From IMG/VR virus record IMGVR_UViG_3300020137_000036, positions 1-36,662 of that record: a stretch of DNA of 36,662 bases. One strand, 5' to 3'. Source of the stretch: a virus (Duplodnaviria > Caudoviricetes). A program made the position numbers and the translations under genes. The stretch's first letter is position 1. Each line of letters opens with the position of its first letter. This document shows positions 8,577 to 17,886 of this stretch, one piece after another. Under the pieces are notes generated by a model, which searched no databases, was not told where the DNA came from, and saw only the letters and a list, made by a program, of their open reading frames with translations.

Positions 8577-8941
8577 GCGTCGACCACCACCGTGAACGCG
8601 AGCGCACCCGCCGCGATCGACAAGGGTGCGCCCTCGTCCGGCTCCACCGGACCCGACGTCGACGCCGACAGCACCACGTCACCACCCGACGGCGCATCGA
8701 ACAGCCCCACTCCGGCGATCACCCACCCGGAGCCTGCGACACCCGCGTCGATCGACGTCGTGTTGACCACACCATCACCCGACGCCTCGAACGCCGCCGA
8801 CAGGACCGACGTGCCCGACATCGCGATCAGGTCACCCTCCGAGTCCAGCCAGCCCACATGCAGACGCGACGGGACCAGCGACGAGCGCGCCGGACCCAGC
8901 AGCGCCTGCACCGCCCGCGAGCGCCACGCCTCCCCGATCAC
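8573..8941 (-). CDS. Minor tail protein
   Basis: GTGA-coupled start at 8941; VGLFDAPSGG and LSIAAGALAFT motifs typical of small phage tail proteins. Confidence 0.7.
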   Translation of the reverse strand: MIGEAWRSRAVQALLGPARSSLVPSRLHVGWLDSEGDLIAMSGTSVLSAAFEASGDGVVNTTSIDAGVAGSGWVIAGVGLFDAPSGGDVVLSASTSGPVEPDEGAPLSIAAGALAFTVVVDA

Positions 8942-9378
8942 GAGGACACCTCCACCGGGTACGCCGGGATCGTCAGGATGTAGGACTGCATGGCGGACAT
9001 GGCGAGGTGCTTCTCGAGCGCGCCGCCGGAGTAGTCGACGTCGGCGGGCTCGCAGCGCCACCGGTCCGTCGTCGAGCCGATGGTGATGCGGGTCTCGTAC
9101 GAGCGCTGGGAGACGGCTGCGAGCAGGGTGGTCAGCGCGGTGTCCAGGGCCGCCCAGCTGGCTGCCTCGACGCGGACCTCGAGCCGGATGGTCGCCTGCT
9201 CGAGCACGGACCCGACGAGTGCACGGCCGTGCTGGTAGCGGCCCTCGACCGTGGCACGCCGCCAACGACGGGCCGGCGGGGCGAGGTCGACGAGCACGTA
9301 CGGGGCGTCGCCGAGCACGAGCATCGGGTCGGCGCCGCGGGTGATGCTCACGGCAGCGTCGAGGTCCGGTGCGGCCAT
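8938..9378 (-). CDS. Distal tail (Dit-like) protein
   Basis: 146 aa directly after the tape measure gene; RRATVEGRYQHG motif. Confidence 0.65.
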   Translation of the reverse strand: MAAPDLDAAVSITRGADPMLVLGDAPYVLVDLAPPARRWRRATVEGRYQHGRALVGSVLEQATIRLEVRVEAASWAALDTALTTLLAAVSQRSYETRITIGSTTDRWRCEPADVDYSGGALEKHLAMSAMQSYILTIPAYPVEVSS

Positions 9379-12300
9379 CAGATCGCCCTCCGCTCACGGG
9401 TGCCGGTGCGCACACGCCCGCCGGCGGTGTTCGCGGCCGCGGTCGCGGTGCGCCCCCAGGACGCTGCTGCTGCGGGGTCCGTGAAGGACACGGGCCCGGA
9501 GAAGATGACCGACTGGTCCGGGGCCTGCGTGATCTGCAGCGGGACCGCGACCGGGACGATCTGCGAGCCCGGCGACGACGGCAGTGCCGCCGTCGCAGCA
9601 CCAGCCGACGGGAACGGGGACCCCGACGACGGGTACGACGACGACAGTGTCGAGACGCCGTTCGCGTCGAGGCCCGGGCCGATCGGGCGGGCGTACTGCG
9701 TCGTCGACGTCCCCGTCGACGGGCGGGACGCGTCCGGTGCGGACGGGGACGTGAACGCGCCCTCGTACGGGAGCGGCATGCCCTCGACGATCAGCCGGTA
9801 GTCGTTGACGATCGCCTGCAGGGTCTCCTTGCCCGCGAGCATCCGCTTGATGATCGCGTCGACCGCCTCACGGCCGAGCTGCTCACCCGCAGCCGCGAGG
9901 ACCGGGGCACCCGTCATCAGCTGGTCCGCGAACTGCTTCGTTGCGGACTCACCGGCCTGCGCGTACAGCTCGTCGAGCTTCGCGAGCTGCTCGTCGGACC
10001 CCTCCGCGAGCTGCCGGACCAGCGGTGCGGCGTCGATGCCGTCCTCACGGAGCCGGTCGATCGTCTCCCGAGACACACCCCGCCCAGTGAGCGTCAGGAG
10101 GTCCGACTCCCACTGGTTCTGAGCATCGACCTGGCCCTGCAGCTTCTCCAGGTACTTGTCGAGGGAGACGGTGCGCCCGTCGTAGTAGTCCTCCCACGAG
10201 CGGCGCGCGAGTTCGAGCGTCTTACCCTGCTCCCGAGCAGCCTTCTCCGCCGCGGCCTGCCCCTCGTTGAACGCGTCGGCCTGCGCCTGAGCCGCAACCC
10301 GCGCGTCCTCGACCGTGTCCGAGTAGGCCCCGGACAGGGAGATCAGTGCCGCGTCCGACGACGCGATCGCGTCGAGGTACTCGAGCTGCGCATCCGTGAG
10401 CTCCTCAGTCGCGCCCGTCGCCGCGTTGAGGTGCTCGGTGTAGGACTCGGTCGATGCCGCCGCACCGGCCTGCGCGTTCTCGACGTTCTGCAGGCGGTCG
10501 CGGTACTCGGGCAGGAGACCCAGCAGGTCGTCCGTCGTCCCGCCCGTGATCTCGAGCATCTCGTTGAACTTCGCCGCGGCGAGGTCCGGCGACGAGTCGT
10601 ACATGCTCGCGAGCGCTTGCCCGATCCCGCCGAACGCCTCACGGAGCCGCTCGTAGTCGGTCTTCCCGCCCCAGAGCTTCGCGATGTGCGACCCCTGGTT
10701 GCCGATCTTGTCGAAGAGCGAGGCATCGCCCGTGAGGTCACGGTAGGCCCGGGCCAGGTCACTGATGATCGAGTCGCTGTCCGGTGCCGCGGCTTCCTTG
10801 AGGCGGAGGAGCTCCTTCGTGTACTGGGCGACCGTGCGCTGCGACGCGTCTGCACTGCTGGTGTCGATGATCGCGCCGATGGTCCCCACCGCGGCGACGG
10901 CGCCGGCGAGCTTGCCGACAGCGCCGGTGAGCTTGCCGAGCCTCGACGGGACCACCGACCCGGCAGCACGCATGTCTGTCATCGCCTGCTGGAACGCTCG
11001 CCACTTCGGGAGCGCGAGGATCACCGCACCGCCGAGCACGGTCACAGCACCGGCGACCGCGCCGAGCACCCCCGCGACGTGCAGGACCGGCTCCGGGAGG
11101 TCCGAGATCGCCTTGGCGAAGCCCGCGACCTGCTCAGCGGCCGAGGCGATCATCGGCAGGAACGTCTCGCCCAGGCTTATCCCCGCGTCCCGGATCGCGT
11201 TCTGCGCGATCTGCACCTTCGCCTCGGTCGTGTCGTACCGCTTCGCGGCCTCCGCGACTAGCGCGGAGTTGTCGGACCAGGCGCGGTTCGCGAGCGCGAG
11301 ACCGTCCACGAGCAAGTCGTTCGCGCCCTTGAGCGACAGGAGCGCGCGCTGGTCCTCGGTCGACTTGAAGCCGACCTCCCGCAGGGTCTCGACGACGTTG
11401 CCGCCCTGGGCGTCGAGCGTCGCGAGCCCCTGTACGAACGCGTCGAGCGCCTCCACGGGGGACGAGTCGAAGAGCGCGGCCCACGCGTCAGACGTCATGC
11501 CCGCCGTCTGCGCGAACGAGGCGAGCTCCTTACCACCCGACTTCACCGCGGCGTACATCTTCGTCAGTGCTCGGGCCGTCGCGGACCCGCCGGCCTCTGC
11601 GGACAGACCGAGAGACGACAGCGTCGACGACAGCGCGAGGACGTCCTGCGTGGACGCGCCCGCGAGCTTGCCCGCCCCGGCGATCCGCTGCGCCATCGCG
11701 AGGATGTCCGCCTCGGTCGACGCGCCGTCGTTGCCGAGTGCGACGATCGTCGACCCGAGCCGGGAGATCGCGTCCGGGGACTGCAGCATCCGGGAGTCGA
11801 TGACGTTGACGAGCTGCGCGATACCCGTCGCGGCCTCGTCGGCCGAGAGGTTCGTCGTCTCGCCCAGGTCGATCATCGTCTTCGTGAAGCCGACGATCGC
11901 GTCACGCTGCACGCCGAGCTGACCGGCCGCCTCCGCGACGGCCGCGATCTCCTCGTGCGTCGACGGGAGCGACGTCGCCAGACCACGCAGGCCGTCCTCG
12001 ACCTGCGCGAGCTGCTCGGCGGTGCCGTCGACCGTCTTCGTGACGCCCGCGAACGCGGACTCCCACGACATCGCCTGCTTCGCGCCGTACGCGAGACCAG
12101 CGAGGACCGCGGCACCGGCCGTGACCGCGACCTGACCGGTGCGCTTGTACGCGTCCTGCCGGCGCCGCTCCGCGTCCTCCGTCGCCCGCGCGAGCTCGGC
12201 CTGCCGGGCCTCGTCCTCACGGATCGCGGCACCGTGCGCGGCCTGCATCGCCCGCCACTTGCGGTCCGCGGCCTCCTGAGCCTTCAGGAGCCGCTGGGTC

Positions 12301-12386
12301 GAGAGGGTCGCCCGCTGCGCCCCCGCCTCGTACTGAGACGGGTCCATCCCGAGGCGGACCTTCGGGTCGGTGATCTTCGCGACCAC
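9378..12386 (-). CDS. Tape measure protein (TP901-type core)
   Basis: 1002 aa, Ala-rich helical; WESAFAGVTKTVDGT, AEAAGQLG, LGSTIVALGN, AEAGGSA; follows the chaperone genes. Confidence 0.95.
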   Translation of the reverse strand: MVAKITDPKVRLGMDPSQYEAGAQRATLSTQRLLKAQEAADRKWRAMQAAHGAAIREDEARQAELARATEDAERRRQDAYKRTGQVAVTAGAAVLAGLAYGAKQAMSWESAFAGVTKTVDGTAEQLAQVEDGLRGLATSLPSTHEEIAAVAEAAGQLGVQRDAIVGFTKTMIDLGETTNLSADEAATGIAQLVNVIDSRMLQSPDAISRLGSTIVALGNDGASTEADILAMAQRIAGAGKLAGASTQDVLALSSTLSSLGLSAEAGGSATARALTKMYAAVKSGGKELASFAQTAGMTSDAWAALFDSSPVEALDAFVQGLATLDAQGGNVVETLREVGFKSTEDQRALLSLKGANDLLVDGLALANRAWSDNSALVAEAAKRYDTTEAKVQIAQNAIRDAGISLGETFLPMIASAAEQVAGFAKAISDLPEPVLHVAGVLGAVAGAVTVLGGAVILALPKWRAFQQAMTDMRAAGSVVPSRLGKLTGAVGKLAGAVAAVGTIGAIIDTSSADASQRTVAQYTKELLRLKEAAAPDSDSIISDLARAYRDLTGDASLFDKIGNQGSHIAKLWGGKTDYERLREAFGGIGQALASMYDSSPDLAAAKFNEMLEITGGTTDDLLGLLPEYRDRLQNVENAQAGAAASTESYTEHLNAATGATEELTDAQLEYLDAIASSDAALISLSGAYSDTVEDARVAAQAQADAFNEGQAAAEKAAREQGKTLELARRSWEDYYDGRTVSLDKYLEKLQGQVDAQNQWESDLLTLTGRGVSRETIDRLREDGIDAAPLVRQLAEGSDEQLAKLDELYAQAGESATKQFADQLMTGAPVLAAAGEQLGREAVDAIIKRMLAGKETLQAIVNDYRLIVEGMPLPYEGAFTSPSAPDASRPSTGTSTTQYARPIGPGLDANGVSTLSSSYPSSGSPFPSAGAATAALPSSPGSQIVPVAVPLQITQAPDQSVIFSGPVSFTDPAAAASWGRTATAAANTAGGRVRTGTRERRAI

Positions 12387-12389
12387 GAC

Positions 12390-12743
12390 TCACCTCCCCG
12401 GACTCATCAGGCGTGCCCGCTCCTGGGCTGCGATACGTCGACGCTCGAGGTGCTCCGCGAGGTCCTCCGCGCAGCGGGCACAGTCCTTGGACGTGCCCCG
12501 CACGGTCGAGATGTGCGACCCGGGGGTCGCGTTCTTCCACTCGTCGCTCGCCTCGACCCGTGCACGGTCAGCGCACGACTGGCACGCGTTGATGTGGTGG
12601 TGCACCCGGCCCTCGTCCGGGTGGTGCCCCTGCGGGCAGCGGCGGGACTCGTACGCCCGCCACGCGAGCGCCGCGTCCTGGTCGTCCGGGTCCCACCCCA
12701 GAAAGCTGGACAAGGGGATGCCGAGCGGGGCGCAGTACGCCAT
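12390..12743 (-). CDS. Tail assembly chaperone, frameshift-extended (T) segment
   Basis: In the -1 frame from the CCCAAAA slippery site of the upstream gene; GIPLSSFLGWDPDDQDAALAW motif. Confidence 0.8.
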   Translation of the reverse strand: MAYCAPLGIPLSSFLGWDPDDQDAALAWRAYESRRCPQGHHPDEGRVHHHINACQSCADRARVEASDEWKNATPGSHISTVRGTSKDCARCAEDLAEHLERRRIAAQERARLMSPGR

Positions 12744-12769
12744 GCGTGCTGCGAAGAGCCCGTCGGCGG

Positions 12770-13258
12770 TCAGCCTTTTGGGAGCGACTCCGGCGGGGTG
12801 CGCCAGTTCAGGTCGAGGAGCCGCCGGAACAGGTCCAGCGCCTCACCCTGCGCCCACGCGGGCGTCGCGAGCTGCTGCGCCCACCACGCCTCGTCGCGCA
12901 GGTCCTCGTCGACGGCGCACGCCGCCGCGAGGACCGGGGTCGCGGCCTTGCGGTCGATCTCACCGTCCGGCCGCTGGTGCCGCGCGACGATCGCCTCCAT
13001 GTCGTCGTCGGGCAGCGCCGCGAACTCGACGGGCACGTAGCACGCCGCCTCGTCCTCCTGAGCCGCCGCCAGCGCGGCCTGCGCGTCATCGCGCGCCGCG
13101 GCCTTCGTGTCGTCCTGGCTGGCGGCGAGCTCGGCCATGACGTACGCATGCCGGGCGGCCTCGACCCGTGCACGGGCCGGTCCGGGGTCGTCGACCTGGA
13201 CCGGCACCGTGCACGTGCGGCGGTGCTTCGCCTCGAGGCGAGCGCGCAGGTCGCTCAC
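12770..13258 (-). CDS. Tail assembly chaperone (G)
   Basis: GTGA-coupled to the major tail gene; ends ...PESLPKG-stop at the slippery site. Confidence 0.85.
   Translation of the reverse strand: MSDLRARLEAKHRRTCTVPVQVDDPGPARARVEAARHAYVMAELAASQDDTKAAARDDAQAALAAAQEDEAACYVPVEFAALPDDDMEAIVARHQRPDGEIDRKAATPVLAAACAVDEDLRDEAWWAQQLATPAWAQGEALDLFRRLLDLNWRTPPESLPKG
12776..12782 (-). other. -1 programmed ribosomal frameshift heptamer C CCA AAA
   Basis: X XXY YYZ pattern two codons before the TGA; the -1 frame is open and in frame with the ATG at 12743. Confidence 0.85.
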
Positions 13259-13743
13259 GCGGCCGCCGGGATCTCGACGTCCTCCGCGGGCGGCTGCGTG
13301 ATGCCGTACGAGACGACGATCTGGAACGCGGCCTCGTCGGTGGAGCGCTGCTTGCCGAGCGACGCGACCTCCGCGGGGAAGACGTCCATCGGCTGACCCG
13401 GGACGTCGCCGCCGTCCATGAAGACGAGGTAGCCGCGGTCCAGGCGCGAGTGCACGGTGCGGATGTCCTCGCCGTCCTGCGAGCCGTAGTACGTGATCGA
13501 GGAGTCCGCGATGTTCGTGCGGCCGCCGATGCGGGCGACGAACCGCCGCTTGAGGTCCGGCGTGTCGATGTAGTTCGACGTCGCGAGGAAGCCGGAGATC
13601 GCGGCGATCTCGCCCGTGAGGTCGGTGCCGGCGGTGAGCTCGGCGCGGGTCGGGATGCGGGTCGAGGCCGCGATCGTGTCGAGCCACAGGACCTTCGAGA
13701 TCTCCGGCTGGAAGAACCGGGTGGAGTCCGGGAGCGTGGGCAT
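13255..13743 (-). CDS. Major tail protein
   Basis: PTRAELTAGTDLTGEIAAISGF...IDTPDL...IGGR motif of actinophage major tail proteins; AAGGAG RBS. Confidence 0.9.
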   Translation of the reverse strand: MPTLPDSTRFFQPEISKVLWLDTIAASTRIPTRAELTAGTDLTGEIAAISGFLATSNYIDTPDLKRRFVARIGGRTNIADSSITYYGSQDGEDIRTVHSRLDRGYLVFMDGGDVPGQPMDVFPAEVASLGKQRSTDEAAFQIVVSYGITQPPAEDVEIPAAA

Positions 13744-13755
13744 CGGGGTGTCTCC

Positions 13756-14004
13756 TTACTGCTTCGTGTCGGAGGACGAGCCCACTGTCGAGTCGTCCCT
13801 GTGTGCCGGGGCGTGGCGCTCCGGCGGCTTGCGGGTGCGAGCGCGCTTCGGGCTCGGCGGTGCGGTCGGCTCGAGCGGCTCGTCCGGGGTGGTCTGCTCG
13901 GCGCGGACCCAGCCCGCGCGCTCACGCGACGGCACGGTGCGTGGCGTGAACGCGGCGGTGCCTCCGGTGATCGGGTGCCGCATCAGGACGCGGTCGCTGC
14001 TCAT
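13756..14004 (-). CDS. Small hypothetical protein of the neck/tail region
   Basis: 82 aa; GAGGA RBS; MRHP...AGW motif followed by a disordered tail. Confidence 0.6.
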   Translation of the reverse strand: MSSDRVLMRHPITGGTAAFTPRTVPSRERAGWVRAEQTTPDEPLEPTAPPSPKRARTRKPPERHAPAHRDDSTVGSSSDTKQ

Positions 14005-14019
14005 GTCTCAGTCCTCTCG

Positions 14020-14472
14020 TCAGGCCAGCCCGACCCGGCGGTGCACGGTCGCCAGGACGTTGCTCACCTCGGTCTGCAGCCACGGGTATGACGCCTCGAT
14101 CGCGGGGAGGATGAACGGGCGGGCGGGCTGCGTGTACCAGACGTCCTGGCCGAACAGGCGGTGCTTGAAGACGTCCGCGACCAGGCCCTCGTAGGCGCGG
14201 GCGTGCGGTGCCTTCGCGAGGGACGCGCGGATCACGATCCCCGGACGGGAGCCCTTCAGGACGACCTGCATGGACAGGGCGCGGGGGATGCGCTGCGACC
14301 ACTGCGCGGCGTTCCACGTCGCGGTGCGCAGGATGTCCGCGCCCAGCGGGCGCAGCATCTTTCGGACCTCGCGGTGCAGCTCGTCGGGCAGATCGCTGAG
14401 GCCCGCGACGAGCGCCTTGACCTCCGTCGTGTCCCAGCCCGCGTCGGACCCCGGCGGGCTCTGCGGGGTCAC
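14020..14472 (-). CDS. HK97 gp10-like neck/tail completion protein
   Basis: GTGA-coupled start at 14472; APHARAYEG and WYTQPARPFILPA motifs. Confidence 0.75.
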   Translation of the reverse strand: MTPQSPPGSDAGWDTTEVKALVAGLSDLPDELHREVRKMLRPLGADILRTATWNAAQWSQRIPRALSMQVVLKGSRPGIVIRASLAKAPHARAYEGLVADVFKHRLFGQDVWYTQPARPFILPAIEASYPWLQTEVSNVLATVHRRVGLA

Positions 14473-14921
14473 AGCAGGCTCGTCCCGACGACGTCGAAGA
14501 TGACGTTGCACGACGAGCCGTGCGGGCCGTTGATCGGCAGCCACTGCATCGCGCCGCTGAGAGACGCGCTCTGCCACACGCCGTCGACGACGACGTCGTC
14601 GCGGAGCTGCTCATCGATGAGCGCGAGGATCTGCGCGCACTCGTCACGCAGGCCCGTGAGCGCGATCCGGCCCGACGTCAGGGACAGCAGGCAGTGCACC
14701 GTCCACGACTCCTGCAGCCGCGGCCGCCCCATGCCCTGCTGCCGGGCGACCGTCGCCTCGTACGCCGGCGCACCACCCTCCGGGAAGCCGACGACGAGCA
14801 CCCGGTCGCCCAGCTCACCGACGAACGGCCCGTCGACGACCTGCACGTCGGGCGCCGCGGCCGCCGCGAGCGCGACGAGCTGCGTCGCGACCTGCGGCAC
14901 ACGGGTCAGGGTCGGGCTCAT
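14469..14921 (-). CDS. Tail terminator-like protein
   Basis: ATGA-coupled start at 14921 (MSPTLTRVP); VQVVDGP motif; position between adaptor and tail genes. Confidence 0.65.
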   Translation of the reverse strand: MSPTLTRVPQVATQLVALAAAAAPDVQVVDGPFVGELGDRVLVVGFPEGGAPAYEATVARQQGMGRPRLQESWTVHCLLSLTSGRIALTGLRDECAQILALIDEQLRDDVVVDGVWQSASLSGAMQWLPINGPHGSSCNVIFDVVGTSLL

Positions 14922-15505
14922 CCGAACACCCGCGGGCGCTTGAACGGGGCGAGGAGCTGCGCGGCGCGGCGGGGGATCGCGAAGCCCGACGAGCCGCCGG
15001 TGAGGGTGTCCCCGCCGACCGGGTTGAAGATGTCCGTGCGCGGTCCCGCCGAGCTCGCACCACGCTTCACGTCGAACAGGTGCGCGGCGATGATCTTCAC
15101 CGCGAGCGCGACGGATGCGCCGTGCTCGCGTGTCGTCGCGGTCACGGTCCACTCGCCGCGGCGGAGCCGGGCGGGGAAGGTGATGACGCCCGCGAGGCGG
15201 TTCACGTCGTCGGGGACGGCGACGTCGCTGCCGTCGGGTGCGGTGATCGCGGAGACCTCGAGCAGGTGCGTGTCCGGCAGGACCAGGGACCGACCGTCCG
15301 GGTAGACGGTGTAGTCGCGCGCCGCGGAGTCCAGTGGGCCGATCTGCGTCTCGACCCACTCGACCGCTGCGTCGAGGGCCTCCTTGAGGGTGCGGCCCGG
15401 CTCGGTGCGCACGTCGTCGGCGTAGCCGGGTGCGTCGATGAAGTCCGCGAGCGCGCGGACGGTGACCAGGGTCGAGTCCGAGGGGACCTCGGGGATGAAC
15501 GCCAC
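14918..15505 (-). CDS. Head-to-tail adaptor
   Basis: GTG at 15505 with GAGGAG RBS; LDAAVEWVE..IGP, LAVKIIAAHL, FAIPRRAAQLLAP motifs. Confidence 0.8.
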   Translation of the reverse strand: MAFIPEVPSDSTLVTVRALADFIDAPGYADDVRTEPGRTLKEALDAAVEWVETQIGPLDSAARDYTVYPDGRSLVLPDTHLLEVSAITAPDGSDVAVPDDVNRLAGVITFPARLRRGEWTVTATTREHGASVALAVKIIAAHLFDVKRGASSAGPRTDIFNPVGGDTLTGGSSGFAIPRRAAQLLAPFKRPRVFG

Positions 15506-15537
15506 GGTGGGCTCCTCTCGCTCGACCCTGGTCGACG

Positions 15538-15711
15538 TCAGGGCTGCGGGGTCTGCGGCTCGGCGGCCGGTGCAGCCTCCCCGATGACGACGAACCCGTC
15601 GCTCTGGTCGGGGGTGCCGTCGGCGCGGTAGGAGACCGCGGCGACGCGGTCGCGGTTCCCCTCGGGCGTCTCGACGGGCTTCGTGTGGGGCGTGCTCTTC
15701 TTCGTCGCCAT
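15538..15711 (-). CDS. 57-aa hypothetical protein after the capsid gene
   Basis: Not in the supplied track; MATKKSTPHTKP...DRVAAVSYRADGTPDQSDGFVVIG; GAGGAG RBS. Confidence 0.65.
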   Translation of the reverse strand: MATKKSTPHTKPVETPEGNRDRVAAVSYRADGTPDQSDGFVVIGEAAPAAEPQTPQP

Positions 15712-15744
15712 AGTCGACTCCTCGGTCGGGGGGTGGTCCTGGTG

Positions 15745-15787
15745 CTGGTGGCGGCGGGCGGCGTGGAGCCCGGCCCGCCGCCACCAG
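15745..15787 (-). terminator. Perfect 15-bp inverted repeat just after the capsid stop
   Basis: CTGGTGGCGGCGGGC (15745-15759) / GCCCGCCGCCACCAG (15773-15787) with a 13-nt loop; no U-tract. Confidence 0.6.
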
Positions 15788-15792
15788 GTGCG

Positions 15793-17046
15793 TCAGCCCG
15801 CGGCGGCCTTGATGGTGAGCTTCGCGGCCGCGGCCGCGTCCTGGACGACCGCGTCGAGACGCTGGAAGCCCAGGAAGCCGACCTGCAGGTAGTCGGCGTA
15901 GCGCTCGGTGAGGCGCAGGACCTGCGCCCCGTTGACCATGCGGACGAGGTAGGCGGCCTCGATGTCACCGAACACGATCGGGGACGCGTCGTCCGCGAAC
16001 GCCGGCAGCGAGTTGTCGACCGTGTAGCGGTGGCCGTTGATCGTCGAGGGGATCCCGCCGGCGATCGCCGGGACCCACAGCGGGCGGCCCGTCGTGTCCT
16101 TGATCTTGCGGAGCTCGCGCAGGGCGGTGTCCGAGAGCACGTACTGCCCGCGGCCCCGGTACGCGGGGTCCACCTTGTGCTCGAGGTCGACGAGGTCGTC
16201 GTAGCCGACCTTGCTCGCCGTGCCCGTCGTCTGCTCCAGGGTGAGGCCCGTGATGATGCCCTGGGGCTGGGTCGTCCCCACACCGGTCGCGAGGTGATCC
16301 GCGACGGCGCGGCCGATGCGCTCACCGCAGCGCCGCGGCAGCCACGAGTTGAGGTCGATCCCGGTGTCCTGCAGGAGCTGGTAGGAGATCCGGATGATCT
16401 TCGAGGAGTACAGGTGCGCCTTGACCGAGGCCTGGCCGAAGGTCTCGTCCTGCTCGCCGTGCTGGGTGTTCTCGGAGACGATCGCGCCCTTGATCGCGGT
16501 GCCGTTCGACGTCGGCCACAGCACCTCGTTGCCGGCGTCCGTGGTCAGGACCTGCGAGACGCCGAGCAGCCCGCCGTATGCCTTGAGCGTCTCGACGAGA
16601 CGCGCCCAGAAGTCGGTCGGCACGGTGTAGCCACCGGCCGAAGGCGTGCCTGCGGCCTGGGCGCGCAGCTCGGGGTCGGTGACGAACCCCCGCTGCGCGA
16701 TCGCGAGGGTCTCCTGGTCGACGGCGATCGCGCCGCGGCGCATGATCGCGTCGAACGCGCGCGCGTACGCCTCCTGGCCGTCGTCGCCGGTCTCGCCGTC
16801 GCGGACCGGGGTCGTGGCACGCAGGTCACCGGTCGGGCGGTTCATCGCCGCGTCGAGCCGGTCGGCACGCTCCTCCTCCTCGATCTCGCGTCCGAGCCGC
16901 TCGACCTCGTCGAGGGCGCGGGTGTACGTCTCGCCGTCCTCGACGGTCGGCGCGTAGCCGTCCGCCTCACGGCGGGCCTGGATGTCCTGCACCTGCGACC
17001 AGGCGGTCGCGCGCTGGTCCAGGAGGTTGCGCAGTCGTGCGCGCAT
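15793..17046 (-). CDS. Major capsid protein, HK97 family
   Basis: N-terminal coiled-coil delta domain; AGGYTVP, KIKDTTGRPLW, IVFGD, QVGFLGFQRLD; AAGGAG RBS. Confidence 0.96.
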   Translation of the reverse strand: MRARLRNLLDQRATAWSQVQDIQARREADGYAPTVEDGETYTRALDEVERLGREIEEEERADRLDAAMNRPTGDLRATTPVRDGETGDDGQEAYARAFDAIMRRGAIAVDQETLAIAQRGFVTDPELRAQAAGTPSAGGYTVPTDFWARLVETLKAYGGLLGVSQVLTTDAGNEVLWPTSNGTAIKGAIVSENTQHGEQDETFGQASVKAHLYSSKIIRISYQLLQDTGIDLNSWLPRRCGERIGRAVADHLATGVGTTQPQGIITGLTLEQTTGTASKVGYDDLVDLEHKVDPAYRGRGQYVLSDTALRELRKIKDTTGRPLWVPAIAGGIPSTINGHRYTVDNSLPAFADDASPIVFGDIEAAYLVRMVNGAQVLRLTERYADYLQVGFLGFQRLDAVVQDAAAAAKLTIKAAAG

Positions 17047-17088
17047 GGTGATCTCCTTCGGGTCGTCGGTGGCCGTGCGGCCGGGGTG

Positions 17089-17886
17089 TCAGGGCTGCTG
17101 CCGGACAGGGAGCCGGTAGCGGACCGCGAGCGCGTGCGCGCGCTCGTCCTGCCTCGACGTGCCCCGGGTGGCCGTGGCCGGCGCGGGGTCGTCCTGGTCG
17201 TCCCGGGTGGCCGTGGCCGGCGCGGGACCGTCCCCCTGGTCGGGGGTGCTCGTGGGGACACCGCGTGCGGTGCGCACCTCGGAGGCGCGCACGGCGGCGT
17301 CGGTGTCCTCGTACGCCGGGAACGTGACGGCGGAGACCTCGAGGAGGCGGACCTCCTCGATCGTGCGCAGCCAGACGGTGCGCTGCTCGGTCTCGCCGTC
17401 GATCTCGACGTCGATCTCGATCTCCTCCCAGCGGTCGCGCACGACGTAGAAGCCGAAGCTCATCCCGGTGATGCGCCGCTTGTCGAGGTTGCGGATGAGG
17501 TCCCGCACGTAGGAGACCTCGTCGTCGAGGTCGGACTCGACCGCGAGACCGACCTCGTCGGTGCTCAGACGCAGGTCACCCGCGGACACGCGGGCGACGA
17601 GGAGCGCCGTGTCGTGGTCGACGAGGAAGCGGGCGTCGCCCTCGTCGAGCGTCTTGTCGAACGCGGTCTCGGAGATCTCCTCGTACCAGCCCCAGCGCAG
17701 GGGGTCACCGATCGACGTCCGGTTGTTGAACACGGCGGCGTGCCCGACGAACGTGCGCTGCGTCGTCGCGTCGTCGGCGGCACGCGTCACGAGGCGCGCG
17801 TCCGCCTCGGACAGTGCACGGGTGCGCTGCTCGAGCACGGTGCAGGTGCCGGCGGTGCGCACGGCCTCACGCGTCAGCGTCGTCAT
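17089..17886 (-). CDS. HK97-family prohead (capsid maturation) protease
   Basis: FVGHAAVFN, FLVDHD, GMSFGF, LLEVSAVTFPAY; ATG at 17886. Confidence 0.93.
   Translation of the reverse strand: MTTLTREAVRTAGTCTVLEQRTRALSEADARLVTRAADDATTQRTFVGHAAVFNNRTSIGDPLRWGWYEEISETAFDKTLDEGDARFLVDHDTALLVARVSAGDLRLSTDEVGLAVESDLDDEVSYVRDLIRNLDKRRITGMSFGFYVVRDRWEEIEIDVEIDGETEQRTVWLRTIEEVRLLEVSAVTFPAYEDTDAAVRASEVRTARGVPTSTPDQGDGPAPATATRDDQDDPAPATATRGTSRQDERAHALAVRYRLPVRQQP
17163..17226. repeat. 25-bp direct repeat (39-bp period) in the protease C-terminus
   Basis: CCCGGGTGGCCGTGGCCGGCGCGGG at 17163-17187 and 17202-17226; encodes PAPATATR twice. Confidence 0.8.

Noticed and set aside
5712-9086. 1124-aa plus-strand ORF and other long antisense ORFs (e.g. 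15685..17943, 25946..28015, 9369..11261)
   Set aside because: Arg/Pro/His-rich shadow frames caused by high GC, lying opposite clearly recognisable phage genes; no motifs
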